Source: Candidatus Sumerlaeales bacterium (GTDB taxonomy: Bacteria; Sumerlaeota; Sumerlaeia; Sumerlaeales; Sumerlaeaceae). From it: a stretch of 50,245 nucleotides of DNA. The notes below the pieces were generated by a model that saw only the letters and a program-made list of their open reading frames with translations, searched no databases and was not told where the DNA came from. The position numbers and the translations under genes are program-made. Of the stretch, positions 11,175 through 20,729 are shown one piece after another. The stretch lies in NCBI GenBank assembly GCA_038243585.1, contig JBBSQY010000022.1:1-50245 (forward strand). Direction: 5' to 3'. How positions within the stretch are numbered: position 1 is the first letter of the stretch; each line of letters starts with the position of its first letter.

Positions 11175-11624
11175 ATGAGCGCTTGTATCGTGTTGGCGCC
11201 GGTGTTGATTTCAACCTGGCCAATGTTCGCCGCAGCCATCGCTTCGGCCTCGGCATCGGCGGGGTTTCGCCTGGTGCGCGAGCAGCAGGAAGTGGCAAAG
11301 GTTTCGGTTCCGTCGCTTGAAATCACCATGGAAAACATGGAAGTTGTGGCGGAATCGCTAACCCATGATAAAGACATTACCGTGGAACGGGACGGGGTGC
11401 GGGTTACTTTTTCTCGCGATGCGCGGGGATATTTCAAAACCTGCGTGGAGGGGAACCGGAACAAGACGGAGCTCAAACAGATCGGCGAGGAGATCGCCGG
11501 CCTCGTGATTCAGAACTATGTCCATCGCCGCCTGATGCAGGAGCTGGAGCAACAGGGCTTTCTAACCATGAACGAAGAACAGACAGCGGACAAAAGCATC
11601 CACATGCACGTCAGAAGAATGTGA
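11175..11624 (+). CDS. DUF1257/Ycf35-like protein with a hydrophobic N-terminus
   Basis: C-terminal IQNYVHRRLMQELEQQGFLTMNEEQTADKSIHMHVRR fits the DUF1257 pattern (QxY...L...GF...EE...SI...RR); AAGGAG RBS; lies directly after the Ycf46-like ATPase. Confidence 0.75.
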   Translation: MSACIVLAPVLISTWPMFAAAIASASASAGFRLVREQQEVAKVSVPSLEITMENMEVVAESLTHDKDITVERDGVRVTFSRDARGYFKTCVEGNRNKTELKQIGEEIAGLVIQNYVHRRLMQELEQQGFLTMNEEQTADKSIHMHVRRM

Positions 11625-11634
11625 GGGCGGACTT

Positions 11635-11853
11635 ATGAAAAATCATGACATATTTATCGAGATTACGCCGAAGGGCGAGGTGCGGGCGGAGATTAAGGGC
11701 GCTAAAGGTCCGGGGTGTCTGCAGTATGCGAAACTGCTGCAGGAGATAGTGGGTTCCATCACCAGTCAGGAACTCACTTCGGAGTATTACGAGCCGGATG
11801 AAGGCGTGACGCTGCAAGGTGAGTCTACGCTGCACCTGGATCAATCCCGGTGA
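11635..11853 (+). CDS. DUF2997-like small protein
   Basis: IEITPKGEVRAEIKGAKGPGC...LQEIVG...ELTSEYYE pattern; context next to DUF1257 and Ycf46-like genes. Confidence 0.8.
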   Translation: MKNHDIFIEITPKGEVRAEIKGAKGPGCLQYAKLLQEIVGSITSQELTSEYYEPDEGVTLQGESTLHLDQSR

Positions 11854-12515
11854 ACTGCGCAAAATGCCAGTTTAAGATGGCGTTTCAAGAGCGCGTCTGC
11901 CGGCGGTGTCAGTACTGCCAGGAACTGGACACTTACATCTCCACGGATGCGCCACGCAGGTCGCGCAATGGAATCCAGAAAGTGCGATTCAGAACACGAG
12001 TGCTCGGCGCGCTGAGGATGGAATCGTTGCGGTTGAACAGGCGGCGGGAAATGTCGCCAAACCTGGTGCTGGCGGCGGGTATTGTGCCGGGGCTCGGGCA
12101 TATTCTTACGGGGCGTCTCTTCGAGGGGCTGCTTTACGCGGTCGGCGTACCGGCGCTGCTGATGTATGCGCTTTTCTCGAGGCTTGATCCATCCAATAGT
12201 TTGACTCTTCTGGGCCTGGCGTTTGGCCTCCATCTTACCAGCCTGTTTCGCCTGACGACCTTTGCCGTGGAGACGGGGGTGGTTGGCCGTATTGCCGCCC
12301 ATGTCGGGTTGTTTGTCATTCTCTCCATCGCCCTCTACGCTCCCCTCAGCAACTTGCTTCTCACATATAAACCTGAAATGACTATGTATCGAACATCCGG
12401 GGCTGAACACTTTTTTGGCAGCTTCTGGATGTTTGTCGTGATATTGGCGGTGGCGTGGATTGTCGGAAAGTTTCTGTCTCTCGTTTTCGCGCTGCCGGAA
12501 AAGAAAAGAATATGA
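11850..12515 (+). CDS. Zn-ribbon plus multi-pass membrane protein
   Basis: N-terminal CAKC...CRRCQYC, basic linker, IVPGLGHILTGR motif and about 5 hydrophobic segments. GTG start overlaps the upstream stop and its own stop overlaps the next ATG. Confidence 0.78.
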   Translation: MNCAKCQFKMAFQERVCRRCQYCQELDTYISTDAPRRSRNGIQKVRFRTRVLGALRMESLRLNRRREMSPNLVLAAGIVPGLGHILTGRLFEGLLYAVGVPALLMYALFSRLDPSNSLTLLGLAFGLHLTSLFRLTTFAVETGVVGRIAAHVGLFVILSIALYAPLSNLLLTYKPEMTMYRTSGAEHFFGSFWMFVVILAVAWIVGKFLSLVFALPEKKRI

Positions 12516-13300
12516 CAAGATTTTCCAACCTGGAATTCGATGAGAACCAACAGGAACAACCGCAACAGTCTCAGTCTCACAGTGTGCAGGGAAATCGCAG
12601 CCCCGTCACGGATGACTTTCATTATATCAAGCTGGGCGATGACAAGTATCTGCTTGGTTTTTATGAGGAATCGCTGAAACTGTATAGCCGCGCGCTCTCT
12701 CACAACCCCAACAACGTGGACGGGTGGATCGGCCAGTTGCGGATGCTGCTGGAACTGGGCGAGCTGAAAGAGGCGCGCCTGTGGAGCCAGAAGAGCCTGG
12801 AGCTGTTTCGCAATAATCCGGACCTGCTGTCGCTGCAGGCGGTGTCGCATTGTCGCCTTGGCGACAAAACCAAGGCGCTGGAGTTTTCGGATGGAGCTTT
12901 TGCCCAGCAGGGCGGCGGATCGCTTTATATGTGGCTCAGCCGGGGTGAAATCCTGTTGGCGACGCGCGGGAAACAGGCGGAATTCGCCCTCGACAAAGCC
13001 GCTTCCATGAAGGGGTTCACCGAATGGTTTCGACTGGTGCTGGTGGCGCGCACGTATTACTTTCACAGGCACTACACTCGCGCGATGCAAAAGGCGCGGG
13101 AGGCATTAGAATTGAAATCCGACAGTCCCCTCGCCTGGCATCTTCTGGGCAACTGCCAGGAAGGCATGAAACAATATAAGAAAGCGGAAAACAGCTATCG
13201 CGAAGCGCTGCAACTGTTTCCGGAATACCCGCCATCGCATGCGGCGCTGCATAGCATTGGAAACCTGGGCTTTTTCAAACGGCTTCTTCCATTTATCTAA
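12512..13300 (+). CDS. Tetratricopeptide repeat protein
   Basis: ATG at 12512 overlaps the TGA of the upstream gene; TPR-like units (YEESLKLYSRALSHNPNN; AWHLLGNCQEGMKQYKKAENSYREALQLFPEY); no signal peptide. Confidence 0.85.
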   Translation: MTRFSNLEFDENQQEQPQQSQSHSVQGNRSPVTDDFHYIKLGDDKYLLGFYEESLKLYSRALSHNPNNVDGWIGQLRMLLELGELKEARLWSQKSLELFRNNPDLLSLQAVSHCRLGDKTKALEFSDGAFAQQGGGSLYMWLSRGEILLATRGKQAEFALDKAASMKGFTEWFRLVLVARTYYFHRHYTRAMQKAREALELKSDSPLAWHLLGNCQEGMKQYKKAENSYREALQLFPEYPPSHAALHSIGNLGFFKRLLPFI

Positions 13301-13313
13301 TCAGGAGAAAAGC

Positions 13314-14375
13314 ATGGATTATATCAAGTCTCTTATCCGGGTAGCGCGGGCTCAGGATGCGTCCGATCTGCACATCATCGCGGGACTGCCGCCGGCCATG
13401 CGAATTCACGGCGACATTATCATGATGGAGGCGGAGCCGCTATCGCGCGATCAGGTGACCCAGGTGACCATGAGCATACTGACGGACGCCCAGAAGCAGT
13501 ACCTGAAAGATGAGCTGGAACTGTGTTTTTCCATGGTGGATGAGCACTGCGGGCGCACCCGGGTGACGGTTTATTTTCATGCGGGGGTGCCGGAGCTGAG
13601 CCTGCGGATGTGCGCTATGGAAATCACCAATGCCGGCGATCTGGGACTCCCGCCGCTGGTGGCCGACCTGGCGGCACGGCCCAATGGCCTGGTGTTGATA
13701 ACGGGGCCGACGGGGGTGGGGAAAACGACGACGCTAAACTACATGGTGGATCTGATCAATCGCGACCGGCGGGCGAAGATCGTCATGATTGAGGATCCGG
13801 TGGAGTATATGCACAAGCCGGTGAAATCGCTGATCGTGCAGCAGGAGCTTCACACAGACACTCATTCGTTTTCCCGTGCGCTTATCCACGTGCTGCGCCA
13901 GAATCCAGACGTGATTGTAATCGGTGAGATGCGTGACCTGGAGACAATCAGCACCGCGCTGACCGCGGCGGAAACCGGTCACCTGGTGCTGGCGACGCTG
14001 CACACGCCTAATGTACTGCAAACCATGGAACGGATCATCGGCGTTTTCCCGGCGGATCAGCAGCAGCAGATCATTCTGCAACTGGCAAATTCGTTGCAGG
14101 GGGTGATCGCTCAGGACCTGATCCCCATGGCGGACGGTTCGGGGCGCGTTCTGGCGTGCGAAATCCTGTTGCCGACGCCGGCGGTGAAGAACTGCCTGCG
14201 GGATAATTCGGTCCATAAGCTGGAAAACATTCTGACGACGGGGCGCAGGGAAGGGATGATCTCCATGGATAGCAGCCTGGCGGAACTCTATCAGCGGGCG
14301 GTGATAACCTACGACGTGGCGGTTTCAAGAGCACGGGACCCGCAGTCGATCAAGCGGCTTTCGCGGGTTCAATAA
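13314..14375 (+). CDS. pilT: PilT/PilU family (type IV pilus retraction-type) ATPase
   Basis: AGGAG RBS and ATG at 13314; ASDLHI...PP.MRIHG; Walker A GPTGVGKTT; IEDPVEY; LRQNPDVIVIGEMRD; His box AAETGHLVLATLH. Confidence 0.9.
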   Translation: MDYIKSLIRVARAQDASDLHIIAGLPPAMRIHGDIIMMEAEPLSRDQVTQVTMSILTDAQKQYLKDELELCFSMVDEHCGRTRVTVYFHAGVPELSLRMCAMEITNAGDLGLPPLVADLAARPNGLVLITGPTGVGKTTTLNYMVDLINRDRRAKIVMIEDPVEYMHKPVKSLIVQQELHTDTHSFSRALIHVLRQNPDVIVIGEMRDLETISTALTAAETGHLVLATLHTPNVLQTMERIIGVFPADQQQQIILQLANSLQGVIAQDLIPMADGSGRVLACEILLPTPAVKNCLRDNSVHKLENILTTGRREGMISMDSSLAELYQRAVITYDVAVSRARDPQSIKRLSRVQ

Positions 14376-14416
14376 ATAAGAAATCTAAGCGGTTGGGCTG
14401 GTTGCCTGGCAAGGGG

Positions 14417-14506
14417 TGGAGGTGGGGGTGGGATTCGAACCCACGGAAGACTTTCACCTTCGGCGGTTTTCAAGACCGCTGCCTTAAACCGCTCGGCCAC
14501 CCCACC
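14417..14506 (-). tRNA. tRNA-Ser (anticodon TGA)
   Basis: Reverse complement GGTGGGGTGGCCGAGCGGTTTAAGGCAGCGGTCTTGAAAACCGCCGAAGGTGAAAGTCTTCCGTGGGTTCGAATCCCACCCCCACCTCCA: cloverleaf with long variable arm and encoded CCA. Confidence 0.97.
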
Positions 14507-14603
14507 ACGACAGCGACATACAGCGCTAAACGTTGGATGCTTCACCAGGGAAACCAGTAAAGTTGCTTTTCTGATTTCAGAATTTCGAACGCTTAAGCAA
14601 TCC

Positions 14604-15860
14604 CTATGACGACGGAACGATGTTTTCCGCCACGTCGGTCCTGTAGGCTTTGATCGCTGGGAATATGCCGGCGAAGGCGCCCAGAAGAATAATGCCTAAT
14701 GGCGCGTAAACCAACACCGGATCCCAGGCGGCCAGATCGATAACCACTCCCGTGGTGGATCGTATAACCTTTGCGGCGGTAAACAGGATCGCGGCGTAAA
14801 CGCCAAATCCGGCTATGACGCCTAAGGCAGCAATGGCCGCCGTTTCCATGACAATCGCAGAAAATACAGTGCGCCGCCGGGCGCCGAGCGCCCTCAAAAT
14901 GGCGAACTCGCGGCGGCGTTCGTTTATGGTATTGTAGATGCTGGCGAGAATGCTGGCCGCGGCGACAACCACTACCAGGTAGGCCACCATGGTAAGTACT
15001 CGGTGCACCCAGCCAAGTTTCTCAAACAGCTCTCCCATAACTCTGCCTATGGGATAGGCCAGCGTGGCGACTTTACCCTGGTTATTGATGGTCTGCTGCA
15101 GACGCATCCCGTGTTGGGGCGACCGGAACTTGATCATAACCGCGCTGACTTCTTTGTGTTCGTCCGGAATCGCCTGACCTCGCTCAGCCTCAAATGCTTC
15201 GCCCGACCCTCGCAGTACATGGCCGCCCATGCGAAAAATCCCTTCAATGGGTATCCAGATGACGCGGTCGCTTGGGCTGTTGGTGGGTTTCATGACGCCG
15301 GTAATCGTGTATTCTTCCGAGTGGGAATGCGCGGTTGCATTGTCTGTGAGGCCATGTATGGGTTGAAATACGCTGCCTACGCCAAGACCGAGCTTTTCTG
15401 CCACGAAGCTGCCGATGACCGCTTCCTGCCGATTGACGTCGAACACGTGGCCCTGGGCCATATCGAACTTCACGCCTTTTTGGTACTCGAATTCTGTAAA
15501 CATTTCTTCACTGGTGCCGACGATGCGGTAGCCCTTGTAATTATCTCCGACGGCGAAAGGCACGGCCAGAGTGACGCCCCGCTCCTTTTGAATGGCCTGA
15601 TACATGGACCACGGCAAATTCCCCGGAGACGTTTCGAGGTGAAAGACGGTGTTGAGCACAAGTTGAAGCTGGCTGCCGCGTGCGCCCAGCACGGCGTCAA
15701 ATCCGACAGGCCCGCCGGTAAACGCTTTTTTTGTTTGAGCATTAATGGCGAAAACCGCCATGATCAGACCAGTAGCCAAAGCGACGCAGAGGGCGGTGAT
15801 CAGGGTGCTGACAAAATGCTGGCGCAGGCTGCGCCGGACCATAAGTAGTATGCCGCTCAT
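14604..15860 (-). CDS. ABC transporter permease, MacB/FtsX family (ZrgC-like)
   Basis: GARGSQLQLVLNTVFH, GDNYKGYRIVGT, HG...HSH, ERRREFAILRALGA; 1+3 TM topology. Confidence 0.88.
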   Translation of the reverse strand: MSGILLMVRRSLRQHFVSTLITALCVALATGLIMAVFAINAQTKKAFTGGPVGFDAVLGARGSQLQLVLNTVFHLETSPGNLPWSMYQAIQKERGVTLAVPFAVGDNYKGYRIVGTSEEMFTEFEYQKGVKFDMAQGHVFDVNRQEAVIGSFVAEKLGLGVGSVFQPIHGLTDNATAHSHSEEYTITGVMKPTNSPSDRVIWIPIEGIFRMGGHVLRGSGEAFEAERGQAIPDEHKEVSAVMIKFRSPQHGMRLQQTINNQGKVATLAYPIGRVMGELFEKLGWVHRVLTMVAYLVVVVAAASILASIYNTINERRREFAILRALGARRRTVFSAIVMETAAIAALGVIAGFGVYAAILFTAAKVIRSTTGVVIDLAAWDPVLVYAPLGIILLGAFAGIFPAIKAYRTDVAENIVPSS

Positions 15861-16573
15861 GCATTGGCCTCCTGGGCTGGGCTGACGGTCGCCTGAACCT
15901 GCGCGGCGGCGGCCTGATTAATATCCGCGAAATCGCGGCGGTTGTCGAACCTGCTCAGGATTTCCTGATCATGGCTGACCAATAGAAGAGCCGCGCCGTT
16001 TTCCTTACATATCTCGCGAATCAGGTCAAGGGCTTCGAATGCCCGCGTGCGGTCCAGATTGCCGGTTGGTTCGTCTGCCAGCACGAGTTTCGGATTATTG
16101 GCGAGCGCCCGTGCCACGGCCACCCGCTGCTGTTGTCCCACGCTGAGCTGGCGTGGCTTATAATTCAACTTGTCGGCTAGTCCCATGCGCGAAAGCAGCG
16201 CGGTCGCCCGGACCTTGTCCGCTCCCCTGCCAAACATCATCCCCATTTCCACATTCTCAAGGGCGGTATAGCCCTGGAGCAGGTTAAAGGTCTGGAAGAC
16301 GTAGCCCAGATTTTCCGCGCGAACGCGGTCGCGGAATGACTCTCCGGCGCCTGTGAGTTCCTGATCGGCCACTTTTACGCTACCGGAGTCGGCGCGAAGG
16401 ATGCCAGCGATCAAATTAAGAAAGGTTGTTTTGCCGGAGCCGCTGCCGCCCTGAAGCGCAATCTGCTCTCCATCGGCAATACTGAAATTTCCAACATTCA
16501 CGACGGGCGTTGTCTGGCCGTCGGGTGACTTGTAACTTTTTTTCAGGTCCATCACTTGCAGAATCTTATCCAT
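15857..16573 (-). CDS. ABC transporter ATP-binding protein (LolD/MacB-like)
   Basis: GGSGSGKTT, LSVGQQQRVAVARAL, LADEPTGNLD, VSHD. Confidence 0.95.
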   Translation of the reverse strand: MDKILQVMDLKKSYKSPDGQTTPVVNVGNFSIADGEQIALQGGSGSGKTTFLNLIAGILRADSGSVKVADQELTGAGESFRDRVRAENLGYVFQTFNLLQGYTALENVEMGMMFGRGADKVRATALLSRMGLADKLNYKPRQLSVGQQQRVAVARALANNPKLVLADEPTGNLDRTRAFEALDLIREICKENGAALLLVSHDQEILSRFDNRRDFADINQAAAAQVQATVSPAQEANA

Positions 16574-16783
16574 AACTTTACTCCATCAATCTAAAACATA
16601 AACTAAGTAAACTCGGGATTAGCGGCCAACATCTCAACGTGCGGTGGTCTGGCACTGCCTTGGCAGCGCGCGGTAGTTGCATTAAATTTCAGGATGGATT
16701 GACATCGCCTTCGTTGCGCGAAGAGCTCACCCCGTGGGCTTTCGCATTAAGCTATTTCGTTACGTGCTGACTTTGGCGGCCTT

Positions 16784-17167
16784 TCAATTTTGTTTGGTGG
16801 CACACTGCTCACACCGGCCGTACAGGAGAATTTCGTGATCCTCCAGGGTGAAGCCCGGCGGCGTCAGGGATTTCATGTCTCCGGAGCACGCGTGAATCTC
16901 GAAAACTTTGCCGCAATGGCGACAATGAAAATGGTGATGGTGCGCCTTGCCCGAAAGTTCGTAGCGGGGAGGGCCTTCCGGGATGGCGACCGCGGTAAGA
17001 AATCCCTCATCCTGAAACGCCTTCAGGCTCCGATAGACCGTGGCGATGCCGAGGCCTGGCACATATTCCCGCGCCGCGTCGAACACTTCCTGTGGCGATA
17101 GCGGGCGATCATCCTCTTCAAAAATGCGACGTATGGCGGCCTTCTGATTTGTTTTGCGGGTCGTCAT
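16784..17167 (-). CDS. Fur family metalloregulator (probably Zur-like)
   Basis: GIATVYRSL HTH, HHHHFHCRHC and C-terminal CEQC. Confidence 0.92.
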   Translation of the reverse strand: MTTRKTNQKAAIRRIFEEDDRPLSPQEVFDAAREYVPGLGIATVYRSLKAFQDEGFLTAVAIPEGPPRYELSGKAHHHHFHCRHCGKVFEIHACSGDMKSLTPPGFTLEDHEILLYGRCEQCATKQN

Positions 17168-17169
17168 AT

Positions 17170-18231
17170 TCAGCGGGAAAGGGCCGGTTCCTTTTTTTCC
17201 AGATTATTGCGCGGCACTGGGATCTGGGGACGAAAAGCTTTTACGGCGGGGAGCGGACGCATATTAATGGCTTCCTTAGCCTCCGGGCCGCGCTTGGTTA
17301 GTGATCCCCCGGCGGGATGACTACCGCCATCCGTAGTGGCCGAATCCGTCGCGGTTGTTATTACCGTATCGGCCAGGCTCGGCAAACTTTGCGCGTTGCC
17401 GGACTCTCCCGCAATTCTATCGAGTTCCTGCTGCAGTTGACTCTTCTGTTTATCAAATTCCGCTGAAGGCGTTGGCTCCGGCTCCGCAGGTGTTTCGTTG
17501 AAACTGCGAGTGTAGGCTCCGGCAGCAGGGCGTTCGGACACGACCGCTGGCTCCGCCTCGCCGGACAGCTCGACTTTTATTGCCTGCAGCGCTTCTTTAT
17601 AGGGTACTCCACCGATCTCTGTTCCCAACGGAATAAACGTGGCGTTTCCGTCCGCCGCGACCAGACGCAGGTTTGCGCTAGTGATGGCTCCGATGGTGGT
17701 GGCCGCGGGAACCAGAAAAATTCTCATGGCCGGATTTCTGGATTTCAGAGTTTCAACAAGTGACTGCAGAGCAATCCGCTGCTGCTCATCGTTCACCTTT
17801 TGCACCTCATCCGTGTAGCCGGAAAAAACAACAGCTATATCCGGCGGAGTGGTTTGCACGGCGGCTACAAGGGCGGCTGTCTGAACAATGGTTACTCCTT
17901 GTGTGGTGTAATCGATGGCCTGGCTTCCGAGTAGGGTGCTGGTTGTAATTTCCAGCAGTGGCGGAAACGGTCCCTTTTCGGGAGATTTGCTGTCCAGACT
18001 TACTGTTTCGCCCAAAAGCATAACCGACTGAACCGCCGGGGTATCCGACGCGAAAATATCGGTTTCCGTGGCGGTGGTTGGTTCTGTGGACGCCTGCGTG
18101 GTCGCCGTTGTTTCAGGCTGGGCAGACGCGGGCGCGGCAACCGCTAATATCAGCAGGACCGGCAGCCATTTCAGACAAGACAATAGATGGCGACCTGGCT
18201 GGGATCCGGATCCCTCATAGAGAATGTTCAA
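17170..18231 (-). CDS. Exported hypothetical protein with a possible SGNH-like fold and disordered tail
   Basis: Signal peptide (LLILAVAAPASA); VMLLGET, PDIAVVFSGYTD and RNPAMRIFLV resemble degenerate SGNH blocks. The start is uncertain. Confidence 0.6.
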   Translation of the reverse strand: MNILYEGSGSQPGRHLLSCLKWLPVLLILAVAAPASAQPETTATTQASTEPTTATETDIFASDTPAVQSVMLLGETVSLDSKSPEKGPFPPLLEITTSTLLGSQAIDYTTQGVTIVQTAALVAAVQTTPPDIAVVFSGYTDEVQKVNDEQQRIALQSLVETLKSRNPAMRIFLVPAATTIGAITSANLRLVAADGNATFIPLGTEIGGVPYKEALQAIKVELSGEAEPAVVSERPAAGAYTRSFNETPAEPEPTPSAEFDKQKSQLQQELDRIAGESGNAQSLPSLADTVITTATDSATTDGGSHPAGGSLTKRGPEAKEAINMRPLPAVKAFRPQIPVPRNNLEKKEPALSR

Positions 18232-18251
18232 TACTTGATCCTGTCTGATTT

Positions 18252-19205
18252 CTATTCATCCACCGAGGTGTCTATAAAACGCCCCATGTACCGATACTTC
18301 TTGTAGCGGCGGTCCAGCAGCAGTTCGGTTTCCAGTTCACACAAGTGCGCAAGACGGTTCTCGATGGCGTTGGCGGTATTTTCAAAGGTCGCCTTCGGAT
18401 CGCGGTGCGCTCCGCCATCCGGCTCCGGAATAATTTCGTCTGCTATGCCCAGTTCCAACAGGTCTGTTGGCGTCAGCTTCAACTGCTCGGCGGCGACCTG
18501 CGCCATGGTCGGAGTCTTCCACAGGATGCCGGCGCAGCCTTCCGGGCTGATCACGCAATACCAGGAGTTTTCCAGCATCAGAATGCAATCGCCTACGCCG
18601 ACCCCAAGGGCGCCGCCGCTGGCACCTTCGCCTACTACGACGCAAACAATAGGCACTTCCACTGTAAACATCTCGCGGATATTTCGCGCAATAGCTTCCG
18701 CCTGGCCGCGCTCTTCGGCCCCGATACCGGGAAAGGCGCCGGGGGTATCGATAAAGATCACTATCGGCAGCTTAAACTTTTCGGCCATCCGCATGATCCG
18801 CAGCGCCTTGCGATAGCCTTCCGGATGAGCCATGCCCCAGTTGCGGAATATGTTGTCCTTGGTATCTTTGCCTTTTTGCTGGCAGATAAGCGCGATGGGC
18901 CGCTCGCGAAAGGTTGCGAATCCCGTGACCATGGCCTTGTCGTCGCCGAAACAGCGGTCGCCGTGTAACTCCACAAAATCCGTCATGGTCGCGTGTACGA
19001 AGTCAAGCGCCCGTGGCCGCTCCTTGTCTCGTGCGATTAACACCCGTTGCCATGGGGTCAGGGCCGAGTATACTTCTTTCTGCAAAAGCAGAAGTTCCTC
19101 GCGCAGCTGCGTAAGCTCGCTCGCGTCGGGCGTCTCATGGCCTTCAATATCTCGTATCTTCTGCTGAAGGTCCAGCAACGGCTTTTCAAATTCGTAATTG
19201 GTCAT
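18252..19205 (-). CDS. accA: Acetyl-CoA carboxylase carboxyltransferase subunit alpha
   Basis: EFEKPL, LTPWQRV, ELHGDR, PEGYRKALR, IDTPGAFPGIGAEERGQ, GEGASGGALG, VISPEGCA. Confidence 0.97.
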   Translation of the reverse strand: MTNYEFEKPLLDLQQKIRDIEGHETPDASELTQLREELLLLQKEVYSALTPWQRVLIARDKERPRALDFVHATMTDFVELHGDRCFGDDKAMVTGFATFRERPIALICQQKGKDTKDNIFRNWGMAHPEGYRKALRIMRMAEKFKLPIVIFIDTPGAFPGIGAEERGQAEAIARNIREMFTVEVPIVCVVVGEGASGGALGVGVGDCILMLENSWYCVISPEGCAGILWKTPTMAQVAAEQLKLTPTDLLELGIADEIIPEPDGGAHRDPKATFENTANAIENRLAHLCELETELLLDRRYKKYRYMGRFIDTSVDE

Positions 19206-19427
19206 AGGTGTCTGACTTTTGTATACAGGGTATCCTGCGCCTCGGTCCACAAAGGGCTTTTCTGTACTACGCCTGTTGTCGTAAGTTTGTTTCTTGTTTT
19301 TTGTGGAAGGCCGGGTAGGACTGCAAAGGATGTTGCGGACAGCATGGCCATAAGGCAGTTATGGACCATCTAATGCTTGTCGCTTTTTGCGGTTGATTTA
19401 CGGTTGGCGTTTCCAGCTGGTATAGTT

Positions 19428-20729
19428 ATGTTACCGGCTGAACTCATAAGAAAAAAACGGGACGGCGCAGAACTGCTGCCGGAGGAAATAGCGGAATTTA
19501 TTGGCGGTTATGTTTCCGGCGATATTCCCGACTACCAGATGGCGGCGCTGCTGATGGCCGTTTTTTTTCAGGGGATGACGGCAACTGAAACCGCCGATCT
19601 AACCCGGACGATGATGAACTCCGGGCGCACGCACACGTTTGACCTGAACCGCCCGCTCATAGATAAGCACAGCACGGGCGGCGTGGGCGACAAGGTGAGC
19701 CTGGTGCTGGCGCCCCTGGCGGCGGCCTGCGGGCTGGCGGTGCCCATGGTGGCGGGCCGGGGCCTTGGCCACACCGGAGGAACCCTGGACAAATTGCAGA
19801 GCATTCCGGGATTTCAAATTGAACTGTCGGAAGCGGATTTTGCCCGGCAGGTTAAAGATATCGGAGTCGCTCTCATTGGGCAGTCGGAGGATTTTGTTCC
19901 GGCGGATAAACGGCTCTATGCATTGCGCGATGTGACGGGAACCGTTGAGTGCGTTCCGCTACTTTGCTCGTCTATCCTCAGCAAAAAAGCGGCTTCCGGC
20001 GCGCAGGGGCTGGTGATGGACGTGAAATGTGGGTCCGGCGCTTTTATGGCCGACCTCAACGGCGCGCGAACTCTTGCCCGCGCCCTTTGCTCCACGGGGG
20101 CGGCGTTGGGCCTGCCGGTTCGAGCCGTGCTTACGGATATGAACCAGCCTCTGGGGCGCGCCATAGGTAATGCGCTGGAGGTGCGGGAGAGCCTTGACTG
20201 CCTTCGCGGCGGCGGACCTGCGGACCTTCGGGAAATCACCATTGAACTGACCGCTGAAATGATCCTGCTGGGTCAGTTGGACTTGAATCTGGAATCGGCG
20301 CGGGAAACGGCAATGAAAGCCCTGGATGATGGATCGGCGCTGGAGGTTTTTCGGCGGATGGTGGAGCGACAGGGCGGGGACGCGAATGTGGTGGATAACG
20401 CCGAATTGCTGCCTGGAAACTGTGAGATATCGGATTTCACGGCAGATCGCGACGGGTTCTTTGCGGTTAAGGATTGCCGGGGCTTCGGCCTCGCGGCACT
20501 GGCGCTCGGAGCAGGGCGGCGAAAAACGTCTGACGAAGTTGATCCGGCGGTGGGGCTGGTGATGCGCGCGCGCATCGGCGACGCCGTGTCAGCCGGGCAG
20601 CCGCTGATCAGCATTCATTCTCGACGCGGCGCGGCGTTGGAGGAATGCCGGTCGTTCCTGAAATCCGCCATTTCGCTGGTTGAAAGGCAGCCGGATAAAC
20701 CGCCGCTGATTATTGAAAAAATTTCATGA
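19428..20729 (+). CDS. pdp: Pyrimidine-nucleoside/thymidine phosphorylase
   Basis: IRKKRDG, DKHSTGGVGDK, GRGLGHTGGTLDKL, PADKRLYALRDVT, DVKCGSGAFM, GNALEV. Confidence 0.95.
   Translation: MLPAELIRKKRDGAELLPEEIAEFIGGYVSGDIPDYQMAALLMAVFFQGMTATETADLTRTMMNSGRTHTFDLNRPLIDKHSTGGVGDKVSLVLAPLAAACGLAVPMVAGRGLGHTGGTLDKLQSIPGFQIELSEADFARQVKDIGVALIGQSEDFVPADKRLYALRDVTGTVECVPLLCSSILSKKAASGAQGLVMDVKCGSGAFMADLNGARTLARALCSTGAALGLPVRAVLTDMNQPLGRAIGNALEVRESLDCLRGGGPADLREITIELTAEMILLGQLDLNLESARETAMKALDDGSALEVFRRMVERQGGDANVVDNAELLPGNCEISDFTADRDGFFAVKDCRGFGLAALALGAGRRKTSDEVDPAVGLVMRARIGDAVSAGQPLISIHSRRGAALEECRSFLKSAISLVERQPDKPPLIIEKIS

Noticed and set aside
16600..16780. Possible riboswitch (GCGAAAGCCCACGGG resembles c-di-GMP-I) or sigma54 site (TGGCACTGCCTTGGC) in the fur-ABC spacer
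   Set aside because: The GGCAAAC/P1 elements of the riboswitch are missing, and the sigma54-like match points away from the genes. A cmscan run would settle it.
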